Source: Podarcis muralis (lineage: Eukaryota). From it: a DNA stretch of 64,000 nt. How positions within the stretch are numbered: position 1 is the stretch's first letter; each line of letters opens with the position of its first letter. Below are positions 1-12,196 of this stretch, one piece after another. A program made the translations under genes and the position numbers. Under the pieces are notes generated by a model, which was not told where the DNA came from, ran no database searches, and saw nothing but the letters and a program-made list of their open reading frames with translations. The DNA lies in the NCBI RefSeq assembly GCF_964188315.1, contig NC_135667.1, forward strand, positions 25,730,001 to 25,794,000, read 5' to 3'.

Positions 1-972
1 TTTAATTAAACAGTTCTGTTCAGATAGTCTCTTTGTTATTTTCCTCATCTTCTTGTTGTTATCATATATTCCTTTCTTTGTGATCTCTGATAATCTTCAC
101 AAGCGGGTTGAAAACAAACATATCCTGTGTGGGTTTTACACTCTCCAAGAGTCATATCATATAAAGGACAGACACCATTTCCACACCTCTGTAAATAACA
201 TTCCCACAGTCTGTCCATTGATTCCCACAGGCTTGCCAATCTATATCTCAGGGGGCCCTGCCAGGTCAAGATCACATTCCAATAACCATACATTCACATT
301 CCGATGACCCTGGTCCTCCTCCCCCTCATCCTCCTATGGGCAAGCCTGTCTTAACGAAACTCCATTTGTAACTGCGTCATAAAACTTTTTTTCCATTCCC
401 CGATGTTTCCACCAGTCCTCTCTTTGATCAGTAATTCATTTCCACACAGTTCTTAATCTCCTGCTTGTGATTAGTAATTTGCAATGATTCTTCTCTCTGG
501 AGGGGAGGGTTATTGGTACTCACATAAGACAAAAAAAGAAAAGAAAAGTCCCCCCCCCCTTTCCAACATACCAATCTTTTCATGATGATTCTTCACTTGA
601 TTTATTGTCCAGCCCGTCGCTCCGCTCACAGAGATCCCATTAATCAGCAGTCTTTACTCCCGGTCTTCACTTGATGTATGTGCATTAGCTTCTTTCCAAT
701 TATATATTTCCAATTATATTTTTCGAGCTAATGCTAACCAGTGCGCGATTAAAGACAGCGTCAGGGATAGCCGACCTCACCCAAGGACTTCGTGCCAAGT
801 GCCCTCACCCCCTTCTTTCGAATCCGGGGGTGAATTATGGACACAGCTGGCAAGGCAGTCCCCCCCATTCCCTTGGGGGGGCAAGGGAGGCTGCATACTC
901 CCATATCAGCCTCTTAATTACCTCGTGTGGGTCGGAGAGATGTTATTGTCGGCCATCTTTCAATGCGCCCCC
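1..972 (-). mobile_element. 5' portion of an L1/Tx1-like (probably non-autonomous) retroelement running off the left edge
   Basis: The minus strand begins GGGGGCGCATTGAAAGATGGCCGAC (YY1-type AAGATGGCCG, + strand 951-960), like an L1 5' end. A CpG-enriched leader follows, then decayed purine-rich ORF-like sequence. Confidence 0.5.
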
Positions 973-1019
973 TGGTGGCCCCCTCTGTGGATGTTTTTTA
1001 AGTCATTTGTTATGGATGC

Positions 1020-1103
1020 TTTATTTGAGATTCCTGCATCACAAAGGATTGGACTAGATGAACTTCTGGGTTGCTTTCAACTCTATAATTCTATGATTCT
1101 ATA
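1020..1103 (+). mobile_element. CR1 LINE 3' end fragment
   Basis: GAGATTCCTGCAT...GGACTAGATGA...CAACTCTATAATTCTATGATTCTAT, the CR1-type (ATTCTATG)n tail. Confidence 0.65.
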
Positions 1104-1416
1104 TTTCTGGGTACATTCAGGAATTAAGGCTCTTAAACAAACAATCTTGTGAATGCATGGATATTAGAAGCTCCTTTTCAGTGTGTTCATTTTGACTCTA
1201 ATTACCCTATACACAGCAAAGAAGAACACAAGGAGTTTCTTGCTGGGACAGGAAAAAGCCCATTTAATCCAACATCTTGTTTTCCAAAGAGACTATGGGA
1301 GGCTCACCAGCAGGACCTGTCCAACACAAGTTTTCCTTCAGATTAAGCATTATGTAGGTCTATATTCCTGCAGAGTGGCATGAAAGTTTGTATTGTTTAA
1401 GAATATACTTGAGAAT

Positions 1417-1453
1417 GCTGATTCATTCCCCTGGGATTATGCACCAATGGGAG
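1417..1453 (+). promoter_or_regulatory. Putative OR promoter motif with O/E (Olf1/EBF) site, upstream of OR 3891
   Basis: ATTCCCCTGGGATT (1425-1438) matches the O/E consensus ATTCCCNNGGGAAT at 13/14. The block is conserved upstream of five other OR13-like loci. Confidence 0.65.
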
Positions 1454-1869
1454 TGAAGAGGGAGAGTATTCATTAAAAATAGCAAGCAACTAAGGAACAA
1501 AGTCAAACAAAGTCCCATTGGGCTTTTTCTACTGTTGTATGGATGCATAAGAACAACAACAACAACAAAATAGTTGGGTTTTTGTTCTGTGGAACACAAA
1601 AGAAGACTTTATTAATGCAAGTATTTATTGTGGGGCTGCACAGGGACAATTCTGCAAATTTTCAATTATGATGCCATCATGAAAGAGATGCAAAATGCAT
1701 CCTCTTATACGGTATCTAGTTTTACTTAATTTTCTTATTATTATTATTATTTTGAAATCTCATAAAAGATTATGTTGAATTAGTTTTCCTAGTTGCCATT
1801 CAAACATCTTTAGATTTTTCTCATTGTTCCACATACTGATTGGATGCAATTCCCATGTAATTTAAAGAA

Positions 1870-1950
1870 TCCTGCTTCTTGATTTAATAACAAATGCAGA
1901 CACAGGACATCCACAGAGCCTTAAAGGGCAAAAGCATTTAAAGGTATTGT
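1870..1950 (+). promoter_or_regulatory. Putative 5' non-coding exon end with splice donor (GT 1944-1945)
   Basis: An ~75-bp block ending AAG|GTATT is conserved upstream of all five intact OR13-like genes. Confidence 0.55.
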
Positions 1951-3455
1951 TGTGTTTTCATTTCATTCTTTATTTCTCTTGCCAAATTTATCCAGCTGAA
2001 AGATGCTGCGCTCTGTTTTGACAAACTGTGAGTATTCAAACTGCAATCAGATGAAGCAAAATCGCTTGGATCTAGATTTGCTTTTAGGCAATTCACATAT
2101 TGCAGTTTCTAGGGTATATAAAGTGAATTACTTGAGTTCATATTTCTGAGAGAGATCCAGTAGGGATGTGTGTGTTTGTTTTGCGGTGGCAGGTGTCCAG
2201 AGAGTGAGAGAGATTCTCAGCAGAGTTTTAAAGGATTTTCTTGAAGGTATTCAAAACTAAATGACAAAAAATAATCACGTTTCAATGCTACTGGTTGTGC
2301 TTCCTATTTTATACTTTATAAAATTCATGTCTGCCTAATAAAATAGTCTTTCCACTGAAATGCTATATTGGATATTATGCCAGTGCACTCATCCTAATAC
2401 AATTGTTCATTTATTTTAATGGTTTCACGGTAGTGGTTTATTTTGTTATTGGTATTTCTAAATTTTTCCTTCACTTTTCCTGTAATTAAGTTCTAGAGAA
2501 CTATATCAGCTTCACTAATGGCATTGAAGTGTTGTTGCTGTTTTTCAATTATTCCTAAAGTGGAAAGTGAGGTTTTCCAATGCACAGCAATACAAACTTA
2601 AGTTATCATGAATAAAATTCTTAACAGCTCTAGATGTACTGGTTCATTTTAAAAAAAAAATCATGTAAAACATATTTCCAAAATAAGTGGGCATAACTAT
2701 CAAATATGCGTTAAAGCTGTCCTAAGAGATTCACATCTCCAACATTATTATTAATGTCATTTGGATGTATCTCATTTAACATAGGTGGAGAAAGATATAT
2801 TGTTTGTAAGGTGAGTTTTAGTTCAGTTGTTTCATCACCATGCAAATGTTTCAACATAGACTGCAATCCTATACCCACTTACCTTAGAGTAGCTCCAGCC
2901 AAACTGAATGGAGCTTACTTCTAAGTAGATATGCCCAGGGATGTGCTTTGAATCGCTTAATGATTTAGCATAATTTATATTCCGAACCTGCAACAAAAGC
3001 TATATTTCCAAGGTGCCCCAACAACCAAAGCTATTTCATAAATAAAGATAAAAAGTTTACTGGAAAATGGTTCTTTTTGTAAATTAATGGAATAATAAAA
3101 TCATAGCTAAGCAACATTCATTTATTTATTTTCTTAAGAAAAGGTAAATAATTAATACTTTATAATAATTTTATTTTAACTATATTTACATCTTTATTAA
3201 TCTTGTCTATAAATTTGAGTAATTTTTTTCGTTTTTCGTTTACCAAAAATGCATTTTTGTTTTTGTTTTTTATATAACACATTTATAAACTTAGAAAGCC
3301 CTAAACAAATACATTTTGGATTACATTTTATTGCTTTCAAAGTATTGTTTTTCATAATTTAATCAAGAATCTCCTACACTCACTTGAATAAAAAGAATGC
3401 ATGCAAATAATTATACAATGTGAATTATTTTTCGTATGATACTTGAAGAGAAGTA

Positions 3456-3714
3456 CCGTATTTTTTGCTCTGTAAGACTCACTTTTTCCTTCCTAAAAAG
3501 TAAGGGGAAATGTGTGTGCGTCTTATGGAGCGAATGCAGGCTGCGCAGCTATCACAGAAGCCAGAACAGCAAGAGAGATTGCTGCTTTCACTGCGCAGCG
3601 TTCCCTCTTGCTGTTCTGGCTTCTGAGATTCAGAATAATTTTTTTCTTGTTTTCCTCCTCCAAAAACTAGGTGCATCTTGTGGCCTGGTGCGTCTTATAG
3701 AGCGAAAAATATGG
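3456..3714. mobile_element. Tc1/mariner-superfamily MITE (Tc2/pogo-like CCGTATTTTT termini), 259 bp
   Basis: TIRs CCGTATTTTTTGCTCTGTAAGAC / GTCTTATAGAGCGAAAAATATGG, flanked by TA on both sides, with an internal hairpin. Confidence 0.85.
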
Positions 3715-3890
3715 TAATATTTTAACACTAACTTTCTGATTAAATAAAATAAATAATGCATCATAAGAAAAAGCCATCCTCCCCTCTGACTGAAAGGCTT
3801 ACTTGCATAACATTTTTGTAATTTGACCGTGGCCTTGATTTAGATTAATTCCTTTCTCTATGTCTTTGCAGATAATACTGAATTCAGGAT

Positions 3891-4820
3891 ATGGAAGAGG
3901 AAAATGAGACGACAGTGACTGAGTTTGTCCTTATCGGCTATTCTGGTAGACCAAAGACAAGGATAGGATTACTCGTTTTCATAACTGTTGTGTATTCTAT
4001 AACAGTGGTGGGAAATGGCCTCATCATCTTGGTGATTGCAGGTGATCCTCGACTGCACAACCCCATGTACTTTTTCCTCAGTAACCTTTCCCTCCTTGAC
4101 ATTGTATATTCAACATCTTCAGTCCCACAGTCCATTGCAAACCTTCTGGTAGACAAGCCCACCATGTCCTATACAATGTGTTACTTGCAAATGAGCATTA
4201 GTGTTGGCTTGGGTGTGACTGAATGCTTCCTTTTGGCCATCATGGCTTATGATCGGTATATAGCCATTTCCAGTCCACTACATTACACAATAATAATGAG
4301 CAGGAAGTTTTGTATTCAGTTAGCAGCTGGGACATGGTCAAGTGGCTTATTCTTGGGGGTAATCCCCATTTATACAATGCCAGCTCGCTTTTGTAAACAA
4401 AATGTGATTGACCATTTGACATGTGAACTCAAAGCAGTTTTGAAGTTGGTTTGCTCAGATACTTCCATGAACCAACTGGTGATGTTCTTAACTGGCGTTC
4501 TTACCTTGCTTGCACCCTTTGCCTTTATCATTTTCTCATATTTGCGTATTGTTGTGGCAATTTTGAGAATTCATTCATCCGGTGGGAGACTGAAGGCTTT
4601 CTCCACATGCGCATCCCACTTGACAGTAGTAACAATCTTCTATGGCACTGCTATATTCTCGTATCTCCGACCACAAACTAAAAGTACCCATGAATTAGAC
4701 AAGATAATTTCTGCCTTCTATGGAATTGTGACTCCCATGTTAAATCCACTCATATATACACTCAGGAATCAGGAAGTAAAAGGAGCATTAAAAAGACTTG
4801 TGGGAAGAAAAGAGAAATAA
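3891..4820 (+). CDS. Olfactory receptor, class II, OR13H1-like (309 aa)
   Basis: Intact ORF with N-glycosylation site NET, GN, LHNPMYFFL, MAYDRYIAISSPLHY, KAFSTCASHL and [12 protein letters not shown]. Splice acceptor TTTGCAG ends at 3871. Confidence 0.97.
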   Translation: MEEENETTVTEFVLIGYSGRPKTRIGLLVFITVVYSITVVGNGLIILVIAGDPRLHNPMYFFLSNLSLLDIVYSTSSVPQSIANLLVDKPTMSYTMCYLQMSISVGLGVTECFLLAIMAYDRYIAISSPLHYTIIMSRKFCIQLAAGTWSSGLFLGVIPIYTMPARFCKQNVIDHLTCELKAVLKLVCSDTSMNQLVMFLTGVLTLLAPFAFIIFSYLRIVVAILRIHSSGGRLKAFSTCASHLTVVTIFYGTAIFSYLRPQTKSTHELDKIISAFYGIVTPMLNPLIYTLRNQEVKGALKRLVGRKEK

Positions 4821-5985
4821 TAATTAAAAAATGAGCATAGAGATATAGTGAACAGAATTAAGTTCTCATAGGTGCTGCTACTTTTGAACAAGCCTTTATC
4901 CACTGGTATGTTCTACTTGATTGTGATAAAAAAAAAAATCAATGGCACCACTATATTCTATTATTTTCTACCCCCTAGTTAAATCTACTGGGGATGTAGA
5001 ATTAAGCTTATGTTGTGCAATGATCTCTGCAAGTGCGATTGAATTTTCCTTTCTTCTCTCCCCATGCTTTCTCCACACTCCTCCCAGTTGACTCTGAAGG
5101 ATTGGGGATGATACTAAGCAAGTTTCTGGGGTGCACAGGGGAAGGAGAGGTTGGGACTTGCAAAAGTTGTTCCAGTCATGCAGTGATTGAGGTCACAACC
5201 ATACCATATATTAAAAGCACATTGCTTCCCTCAAAGAAACATGGTAATTGTAGTTCCATTTCACTTGCAGTAGGACCCACTGAGCATAGTGGGCCATACT
5301 ACTAATTGAATAAGCATGCACACAATTGCACTGTAAATTAATTAGAAGTGGACTTATAATGTTGGTTGTGAGTACTAACTCTTCGCTTCACAACCTTATG
5401 TACTTTTTTCCTCATGATCTCTCCTTCTCTTGTAGCTAATATTTTTCACCTTTCAGAGCACAGTTTCTAGAAAACCTGTAATTTCATTTGTCAAATGTGT
5501 TGCTCAAATAACCAGGGTGCTTTTCTAGGGCATAGCTCAAAGCAGTCAGAGATTATAAACATTTATGAGCAGTATGCTTCTTTCTTTCCTTTATTTTCCT
5601 GTGTTATATATTCAATATGAATGTAAGAATCAGAAACAGATGGTACAGGACTCAAGGACATGCCTTCTTGCTATGGCTGGTTCTATGTCAGTCAATGAAG
5701 TCTAATATTTATGGGCACCATACTTCTGAGGATCTTGCACTTCTAAATATCATATCTCAGTTGGTCAGCTGCTTGTTTTTCATGCTTCTCCCCCTTCTTA
5801 TTTCCCAATCCTTCCATTTTAACTCATGGAGAAGTAATTGAAACTTGTAAAAGAGCTTGGAATTAGAATATGGTTGCTCAGTAGCATTCTTCAGAGGTCC
5901 ATGCCTATGTGATTAGATTTTTGCAAGAAGGAGAGTGGGGGGAAGTCCATCTGCCCTGTTCTTTCATTGAATTCTAACCACGCAA

Positions 5986-6780
5986 AGCGTGTTCTCCCTA
6001 AAATGAGAGCACGGGTTGCGGTGTGGGCTGCCAGGCCAGCCCTCTGTTGCCAGGGAGGTTAATGGTTATTGCCTGGTGCAATGATTGGCTGACTAGGTTG
6101 CTGGGGCAAATGGCTTGTAGCAAATTGGTGGGTGGGACCATAGTCTTTAAATATTGGGGCACTCTGGCTTTTGCTTTCTCTTTAGCAGAGTGCATCAGAT
6201 CGCCCGCCCGCCCTGTGTTCTGGTTGACCTTGCTTTGCCTGTCATGGGGTCGTCTGCCTTGGGGCAGGGGCCTAGTAGGAATTTTACCATTTGGCTGATT
6301 GGCTGGTGCCACTTGGTTTTTGCCTACTACTTAGCAATTCGTCACAACTTGTAAGGTTGCGGTTAGGCATTGGTTATAAAAAGCTGGTGGTGGAGGGGTC
6401 AGGATAGGCTGTGCCTACCCCTCCAATGGTGCGCGAAGGGAATTCCATTAAAGGAATCCTGGGGCTTGCCATGATTTTGTCCAATCCCTGAAATGGGACC
6501 AGGGCCGGCAAGCCTTGGGGAGCTGGTTGGGTGAGCGGTGAGGGCTGTCGCTCAGCTCAACTGATCCCCAACATTGTCTTTCCCTTCACTGGCTTCCGAT
6601 GGAGTTCGGAATGTCAGTTCTGTCCCAAGCGGGGGGACAGATAGTCATAACCAATGTCTAAGCAACCACTCACAGATTTTGTATTTTAATAAAGTTGTGG
6701 CCAAAATAGTGCCCAAAAACCTTAAATTTAAATTACGTGTGTTTTGTGAATTATTTTGAGGGGTGGCTTGGGGACCTACA
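5986..6780 (+). mobile_element. LTR-like terminal repeat (solo LTR or Ngaro/DIRS-type), family uncertain
   Basis: GC-rich ~800-bp block with AATAAA at 6688-6693. Shares ordered sequence blocks with 22815-23535 and is flanked by the direct repeat CACGCAA (5979-5985, 6781-6787). Confidence 0.5.
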
Positions 6781-7254
6781 CACGCAACTATATATCATTT
6801 CATAAACTGGGAGCTGAAATACTTTGGGGAGATTACTCTGTTCTCCACACAGTTTAGAATCCTGGACTGTAAGGGTCCTAAATCACAGTGGAGCCTACTA
6901 GGGATGTTGAAGATGTGGAAATGGCTGATATTCCCATATTCATCCTGTGTCCAGAACAGAAATCAATCAACCCAGTGACTAGAAATCGGTAATAACTGTT
7001 GTTATTTAATGACACTGTGCAATGGACATGTAATGTATGACATCCCCTGCTGTTTAATTTGTGTGCCCCCCCTTTTGCAATGACAATAAATGCTGTGGAA
7101 ATAAAGTATGTTATTTATGTAAATTTGTAACATACATAAATGAAGCTTAAAAAAAATTATGTAAATTGCATTGAATAGTGAATGAGCTATTAATTAATAA
7201 AATTGATTAATAAATAAGATTGACCCCTAGAGCCAACATAACAGATTCCAAGCT

Positions 7255-7344
7255 ATGATAAAGCCCGTCATCTACACACTCAGAAATCGGGAAGTAAAAG
7301 GAGCATTAAGAAGACTTGTGGGAAGCAGAAAGGTGCCACAGTAA
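7255..7344 (+). pseudogene. OR 3' fragment (TM7 and C-terminus only)
   Basis: Translates [29 protein letters not shown]. Its downstream flank is homologous to those of the pseudogenes at 12197 and 18052. Confidence 0.9.
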
Positions 7345-7589
7345 AAGTATATTTCAAAAGGGAGCAATGCTTTACTGGACCTGTTCTGATCATATTGCTA
7401 ATAAAAGATTATTGCAAATCTAGTTGACTTGTCAAAGGTAAACATTTTTAGGTAGAAGTATCTCCATCCATGTCATTCAGTGGCCAACCTATTCAAATTC
7501 TAAGGAAATGTATGTAGATAAAGGGAATTTGGAAATCAGCTCATCATGAAATGAAACAGTGAGGGGGATGAGTTTGGAACTGCTGTGAA

Positions 7590-7775
7590 ACACAGGAACA
7601 TTGAAAGTCACCTTATACAAGCTCAGACCACTGATCCATGTGGTCCGGCATTGTCTTCATTGACTGGTAGCAGATTTCCAGGATTTCAGGCAGGGTAATT
7701 TGCAACCCTACCTGGAGGTGTTGGGAAATATTTCGTGTACAATGTACTCTACTGCTGTGTTATGGACCACCCCCA
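7590..7775 (-). mobile_element. Old squamate tRNA-derived SINE (Squam3-like); copies also at ~13500-13685 and ~18890-19005
   Basis: Minus strand has a GGGGTGGTCCATAACACAGC head and a CR1-like tail. It lies at the same position in all three cassette copies. Confidence 0.5.
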
Positions 7776-7862
7776 CATATAACACACTAGATTTCTTTAT
7801 TTTTCTTTGCAATATGAACAGATACAGATGAAACTCTGTATTGCATGAGTGTTCTTGAGGCT

Positions 7863-7904
7863 GCTGAATCAATGAGGCTCATGGGACTATGTACCCAAGG
7901 GAAT
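7863..7904 (+). promoter_or_regulatory. Putative OR promoter motif (tandem O/E-like sites) for OR 9798
   Basis: GCTGAATCAATGAGGCTCATGGGACTATGTACCCAAGGGAAT, homologous to 1417-1453. Confidence 0.6.
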
Positions 7905-9236
7905 GCAGAATAAGAATGTAAACTAACTAAGGAAAAAAACTGAGAGAAGGGCTTTTCTTTCCAAGAACATATATCTACTGCCTTCTGCAATGCCCTTCTC
8001 TCTACTGGGAACATTTGGAACTTTCCAAGGATCAGAAACTGATACTCTATTAATGCAACCCTTTATCCTGTGTACCCATAATGTTATAAAACCTTTTCAG
8101 ATTAAGGATCCACCTTTACCTCAAATATTAATTTTTCAAGCTGCTTCTTATTTATTTATTTTTTACCTTCCATAAAAGACTGCTCTGGAGGGCCATCTTG
8201 GGTCTGGCTGCGAACCCTGAGTGGATCATGATGCACCAGGTGAAGACCAGTGGTTAAAAAATGTCAACTCTCAGTTTAATAACAAATGCTGATGGAGGAC
8301 ACCCAAAATGCTTTGAGGGTCAAAGGCGTTTGAAGGTATTCACTGTCTATTTTTAAAGTATATTTCTATATATATTGAACGAGCAACCGTCTCTTTTTAA
8401 AAGAGAAAATGAACTTGAAAGATGTATTCAGCTTGTAAATTTATTGGGAAGATGAAACAAAAATAAAAACAAAAATTCAAATGAGCAAACAGCAATCGAT
8501 TTATCCGCATTTACTGGTTTGGGCATCCATTGTAAGCACACACAAAATGCAGTCCCACAAATCTTATTTGTTTGATCACTTTATGAAAAGCTTAGAGTAT
8601 ATCTGAATGAATTCAGTATGTCTTTACTTATGATTAATAATAATAAAAATAGGCGGGCTCAGGGTGTTGGATGCAATCCTATATGAACTTACCTTCACAA
8701 GTCCTTTTAAACTCTGATGTTAGTGGGACTGAAATTGGAAGCAGCAGTATAATTATAATGTTATGGAGGTTTGCAGAAGAAGAGTTTTCCACCATCCTTC
8801 TGCAGCTCTTTTGGAGAGTCAGGGAGATTCCCTGAACAATGTATTGCTTCAGTGGCAGGGGAAATCACAAAAGTGTAACTTGAATCCTGAGTTAAATGAA
8901 TTTAAGTAAGTTAGCATTAACTTTCTCCCATTAGTCCAACTAAATTCAAAGTACAAGATTTAGTTATTAATTGGACTGTGTGATCTTTTCTGCATTCTCC
9001 AGAAAGATCAAAAGTTGCCCTTCATTTTTAGTGCCTCTTCCCAATGCATCCATCAGGAAATACTTATATTCATTACTTAAAAATAGCACTCATTCAGGAT
9101 AGTTCCATCATTTCACTGTACTTAGGCAACATTTTTATCTTTTCAAATGATACTGGGTAAATTTCGTCGTCTTGCTGGAAAACTTCCGTGTGACCATAAT
9201 TTCTGAATTATTAATGCAGCTTTTCTAAAACATGTA

Positions 9237-9355
9237 CCGTATTTTTCGCTCTATAAGACGCACCAGACCACAAGACGCACCTAGTTTTTTGAGGAAGAAA
9301 ACAAGAAAAAATATATAGGAGGGGAAAAGTGAATTTTATAGAGCAAAAAATACGG
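9237..9355. mobile_element. Short (119-bp) member of the CCGTATTTTT MITE family
   Basis: TIRs with TA duplication. Absent at the paralogous site (~15190). Confidence 0.85.
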
Positions 9356-9797
9356 TATTTCAGATGGTCTCTGGGAGATGTATGCTATACTATTAACAAG
9401 TCAGACCCCAATGTGGGCCAAGATTATGCGTGATCAGCCAGCCATTAGATGATGAGATTAAACCAGCAAGATACAGAAGAAGAAATGGCAGATCAATGGG
9501 GATTTCCATAGTTTGCAATGCATTTATACAAACTTTTTTCTTTTATAACTATTTCTCAGTTAAACAGGATAAAATGTAGGAAAGTTACAAGAGTGCCTGC
9601 ATGGCTGCAATTTAGTTTTTATACAATTTTAAAAGGGAGCAATTTGTAAGATTTTAAAAATAACTGCATGTTAATCTGCATTTTACAGTATGTTAATGAC
9701 TGAAATACCTGAATACTATTGACTAGCAAGTTGGTTATTTCCTTTCTTTAGAAAATCCCATTCTCAGTGTCATTCAAGATAATATTTGATTCAGGCT

Positions 9798-10718
9798 ATG
9801 GAAGAGGAAAATGAGACTACAGTGACTGAATTTGTCCTCATCGGCTATTCTGGTCGACCAAAGACAAGGATGGGATTAATAGCATTCCTGACAGTTGTCT
9901 ACTCCATAACCATTGCGGGAAATGTTCTTATTATTTTGGGCACCATTGCTGATCCTCGACTCCACAACCCCATGTACTTTTTCCTTGGTAATCTGTCCTT
10001 CCTTGACATTGGGTATTCAACAACTTCCATCCCACAGGCCATTGCAAATCTCCTGGTGGACAAACCTACCATGTCCTTTGCAATGTGTTCCTTGCAAGCC
10101 AGCAGTGGTGTCTGGTTAGGTACAACTGAATGCTTCCTGTTGGCTGTTATGGCTTATGACAGGCTTATAGCCATTTCCAGCCCACTACATTACATGCTGA
10201 TTATGAACAAGAGATTGTGCATTCAGTTAGCAGCTGGGACATGGTCAAGTGGCCTTTTTTTAGGGGTTATTCCCATTTATGCCATGCCGGCTCGCTTTTG
10301 TGGGAGAAATGTCATCAATCATTTCACATGTGAACTCATAGCTGTTATGAAGCTTATTTGTTCAGATACCTCCGTGAGCCAACTGCTTATGTTCTTCTCT
10401 GGATCCCTCTCATTGCTTGTTCCTTTTGCCTTTATCCTTTTCTCATATTTACGCATTATTGTGGCAGTTCTGAGAATCCATTCATCAGGTGGGAGACTGA
10501 AGGCTTTTTCCACATGTGCCTCCCATTTGACTGTGGTAACCATTTTCTATGGCACTGCTATATTCTCATATATCCGACCTCAAACTAAAACCACAAATGA
10601 ACTGGATAAAGCAATTTCTCTCTTCTATGGAACTGTGACTCCCATGTTAAACCCACTCATCTACACACTCAGAAATCAAGAAGTAAAAGGAGCCTTAAGA
10701 CGACTTATTGTAAGGTAA
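9798..10718 (+). CDS. Olfactory receptor, OR13H1-like (306 aa)
   Basis: Intact OR motifs. The true ATG is at 9798; the ORF track starts at an upstream TTG. Confidence 0.96.
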   Translation: MEEENETTVTEFVLIGYSGRPKTRMGLIAFLTVVYSITIAGNVLIILGTIADPRLHNPMYFFLGNLSFLDIGYSTTSIPQAIANLLVDKPTMSFAMCSLQASSGVWLGTTECFLLAVMAYDRLIAISSPLHYMLIMNKRLCIQLAAGTWSSGLFLGVIPIYAMPARFCGRNVINHFTCELIAVMKLICSDTSVSQLLMFFSGSLSLLVPFAFILFSYLRIIVAVLRIHSSGGRLKAFSTCASHLTVVTIFYGTAIFSYIRPQTKTTNELDKAISLFYGTVTPMLNPLIYTLRNQEVKGALRRLIVR

Positions 10719-11508
10719 AGGAATTATTTAAAAGAAACAAACAAATGGGATTCAATAATGAAAAAAACAACCAAGTTATGGATAGATATAGTCCCTCCTA
10801 TTGAGAAATGGTTGATAAAATTATTGGACTTAGCTGAGATAACAAACTTATCATGTTTAATCGGGAAAAAATTATATTCTTTTTTAGGGTTAGAAACTTC
10901 TTATGAACATTTTGCATAAAAGAGAAGATGAACTTGTAGTAACTGGATATGAAGATTGAAAAAAATATTGGTTTATAAAAATTAAATAGTTTGATATCCA
11001 TTTCAGTGAATACAGAGAATCAAAAGTCTTTTCATCTTTTATTTTTTATTTTCCCCCTTTTACTCCCTCCTTTTAAAAAATAATAATAATAATCTTTTTC
11101 TGAAGTTTTAGAATTCTGAGTTACCACCAAGGGCATTTTTAATTGTGAAGCCACATGTTTGAAATTCCCTCACCAGAGCATGATATATGGACAGATTTTT
11201 TTGTTTTTGTTCTTTCAACTTTTTATTTAATATTGATGTGGGTTGATATTCTAGCATCTATTGCAGCCCTCCTCCCCTTTATTTTAAATGAGTGGTTTTC
11301 AACTATGTTTTACTCAAAGTGTACTCAATAGGCGCCAGTAAAATCAGTGTATTTTAATTAGTCTATGACTGCAGTCAGTTTCAGAGACGGCAGCAATCCC
11401 ATTTGCCCATGTTCATTTTTACCTGAATGAAAAATTATTTGTAGGCTTAATTTCTTTCTTTAAATATTAACAGCATGAATTTTGCATGGTGTGAGGCTGT
11501 TCTTAGGT

Positions 11509-11550
11509 GCTGAATCAGTGACATTCTTGGGAATATCCTCCAGCGGGAAT
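11509..11550 (+). promoter_or_regulatory. Degenerate copy of the OR13-like promoter motif upstream of pseudogene 12197
   Basis: GCTGAATCAGTGACATTCTTGGGAATATCCTCCAGCGGGAAT; the downstream flank aligns with 1460-1530. Confidence 0.5.
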
Positions 11551-12196
11551 GTAGAGGAAGAACATGGTTTAAAAATATTAGCTAACTAAGAAACAAAGTA
11601 ATAAGTCTTATTGGGCTTTTCTTTCATTTAATACCAACTACTAATAAAGAACACCCAGGAGAAATGACAAAAATATTTAAAGTATTGTAAATACCCAGAT
11701 ACTTAGGTTTATGCAACTTTTAATCTGTTTATAATTTATTGTTACTTAAACTTTTCAAAAGTGTTAAATTATTACTGTTAATTGTTCTTATTGATAGTTT
11801 TATCATTTTTGTAAACTGCTTTGAGAGTTTTGTTTTTTGTTTGTTTATTATTTGTTACCAAGCAATGTATACTTTTTTTACATCTTATTTAATCGGCAAA
11901 TAAATATGTTTAAGATTTCACATTCAATATTGTTGAACTTTTTTTTTTAAAAAAAACATACTTTTCATTTTTTTAACAAATCTGAAACTATTAACCAAAG
12001 TAAAAATGATGGTTCATCAGCCTTGACTACAATATATTTCATGATCATCCCAGGGAAGCAATTTCCAGCTATTTCCTCTCCACCTTTGAGGTTCCCCCAG
12101 TCCTGTCTAGATCTATTCTAGATGGTTGCAACATGCCCCGCCCCCAAGAGCAGACGTAGATGGATAGGAATGGCAGAAGGAGGAAGAGATATTACA

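Noticed and set aside
45-307. 82-84-aa ORFs at the left edge
   Set aside because: They fall inside a decayed retroelement and have no recognisable domain.
2860-2945. Imperfect palindromes of the CAATCCTAT...ATAGGATTG type (also ~38185-38260, ~53685-53770, ~59420-59500, ~63870-63955)
   Set aside because: Consistent with a common old squamate MITE rather than a conserved RNA structure or OR enhancer.
3938-4681. Short ORFs overlapping OR genes on other frames or strands, recurring in paralogues (e.g. 10319-10543, 16158-16382, 26010-26234)
   Set aside because: They are shadows of the OR codon pattern, and recurrence follows from the gene duplications.
9786-9797. N-terminal extensions of ORs from TTG starts (also 15625, 20055, 26767)
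   Set aside because: These are artefacts of the ORF caller's alternative starts. A conserved ATG aligned with paralogue 3891 lies 12 nt downstream.
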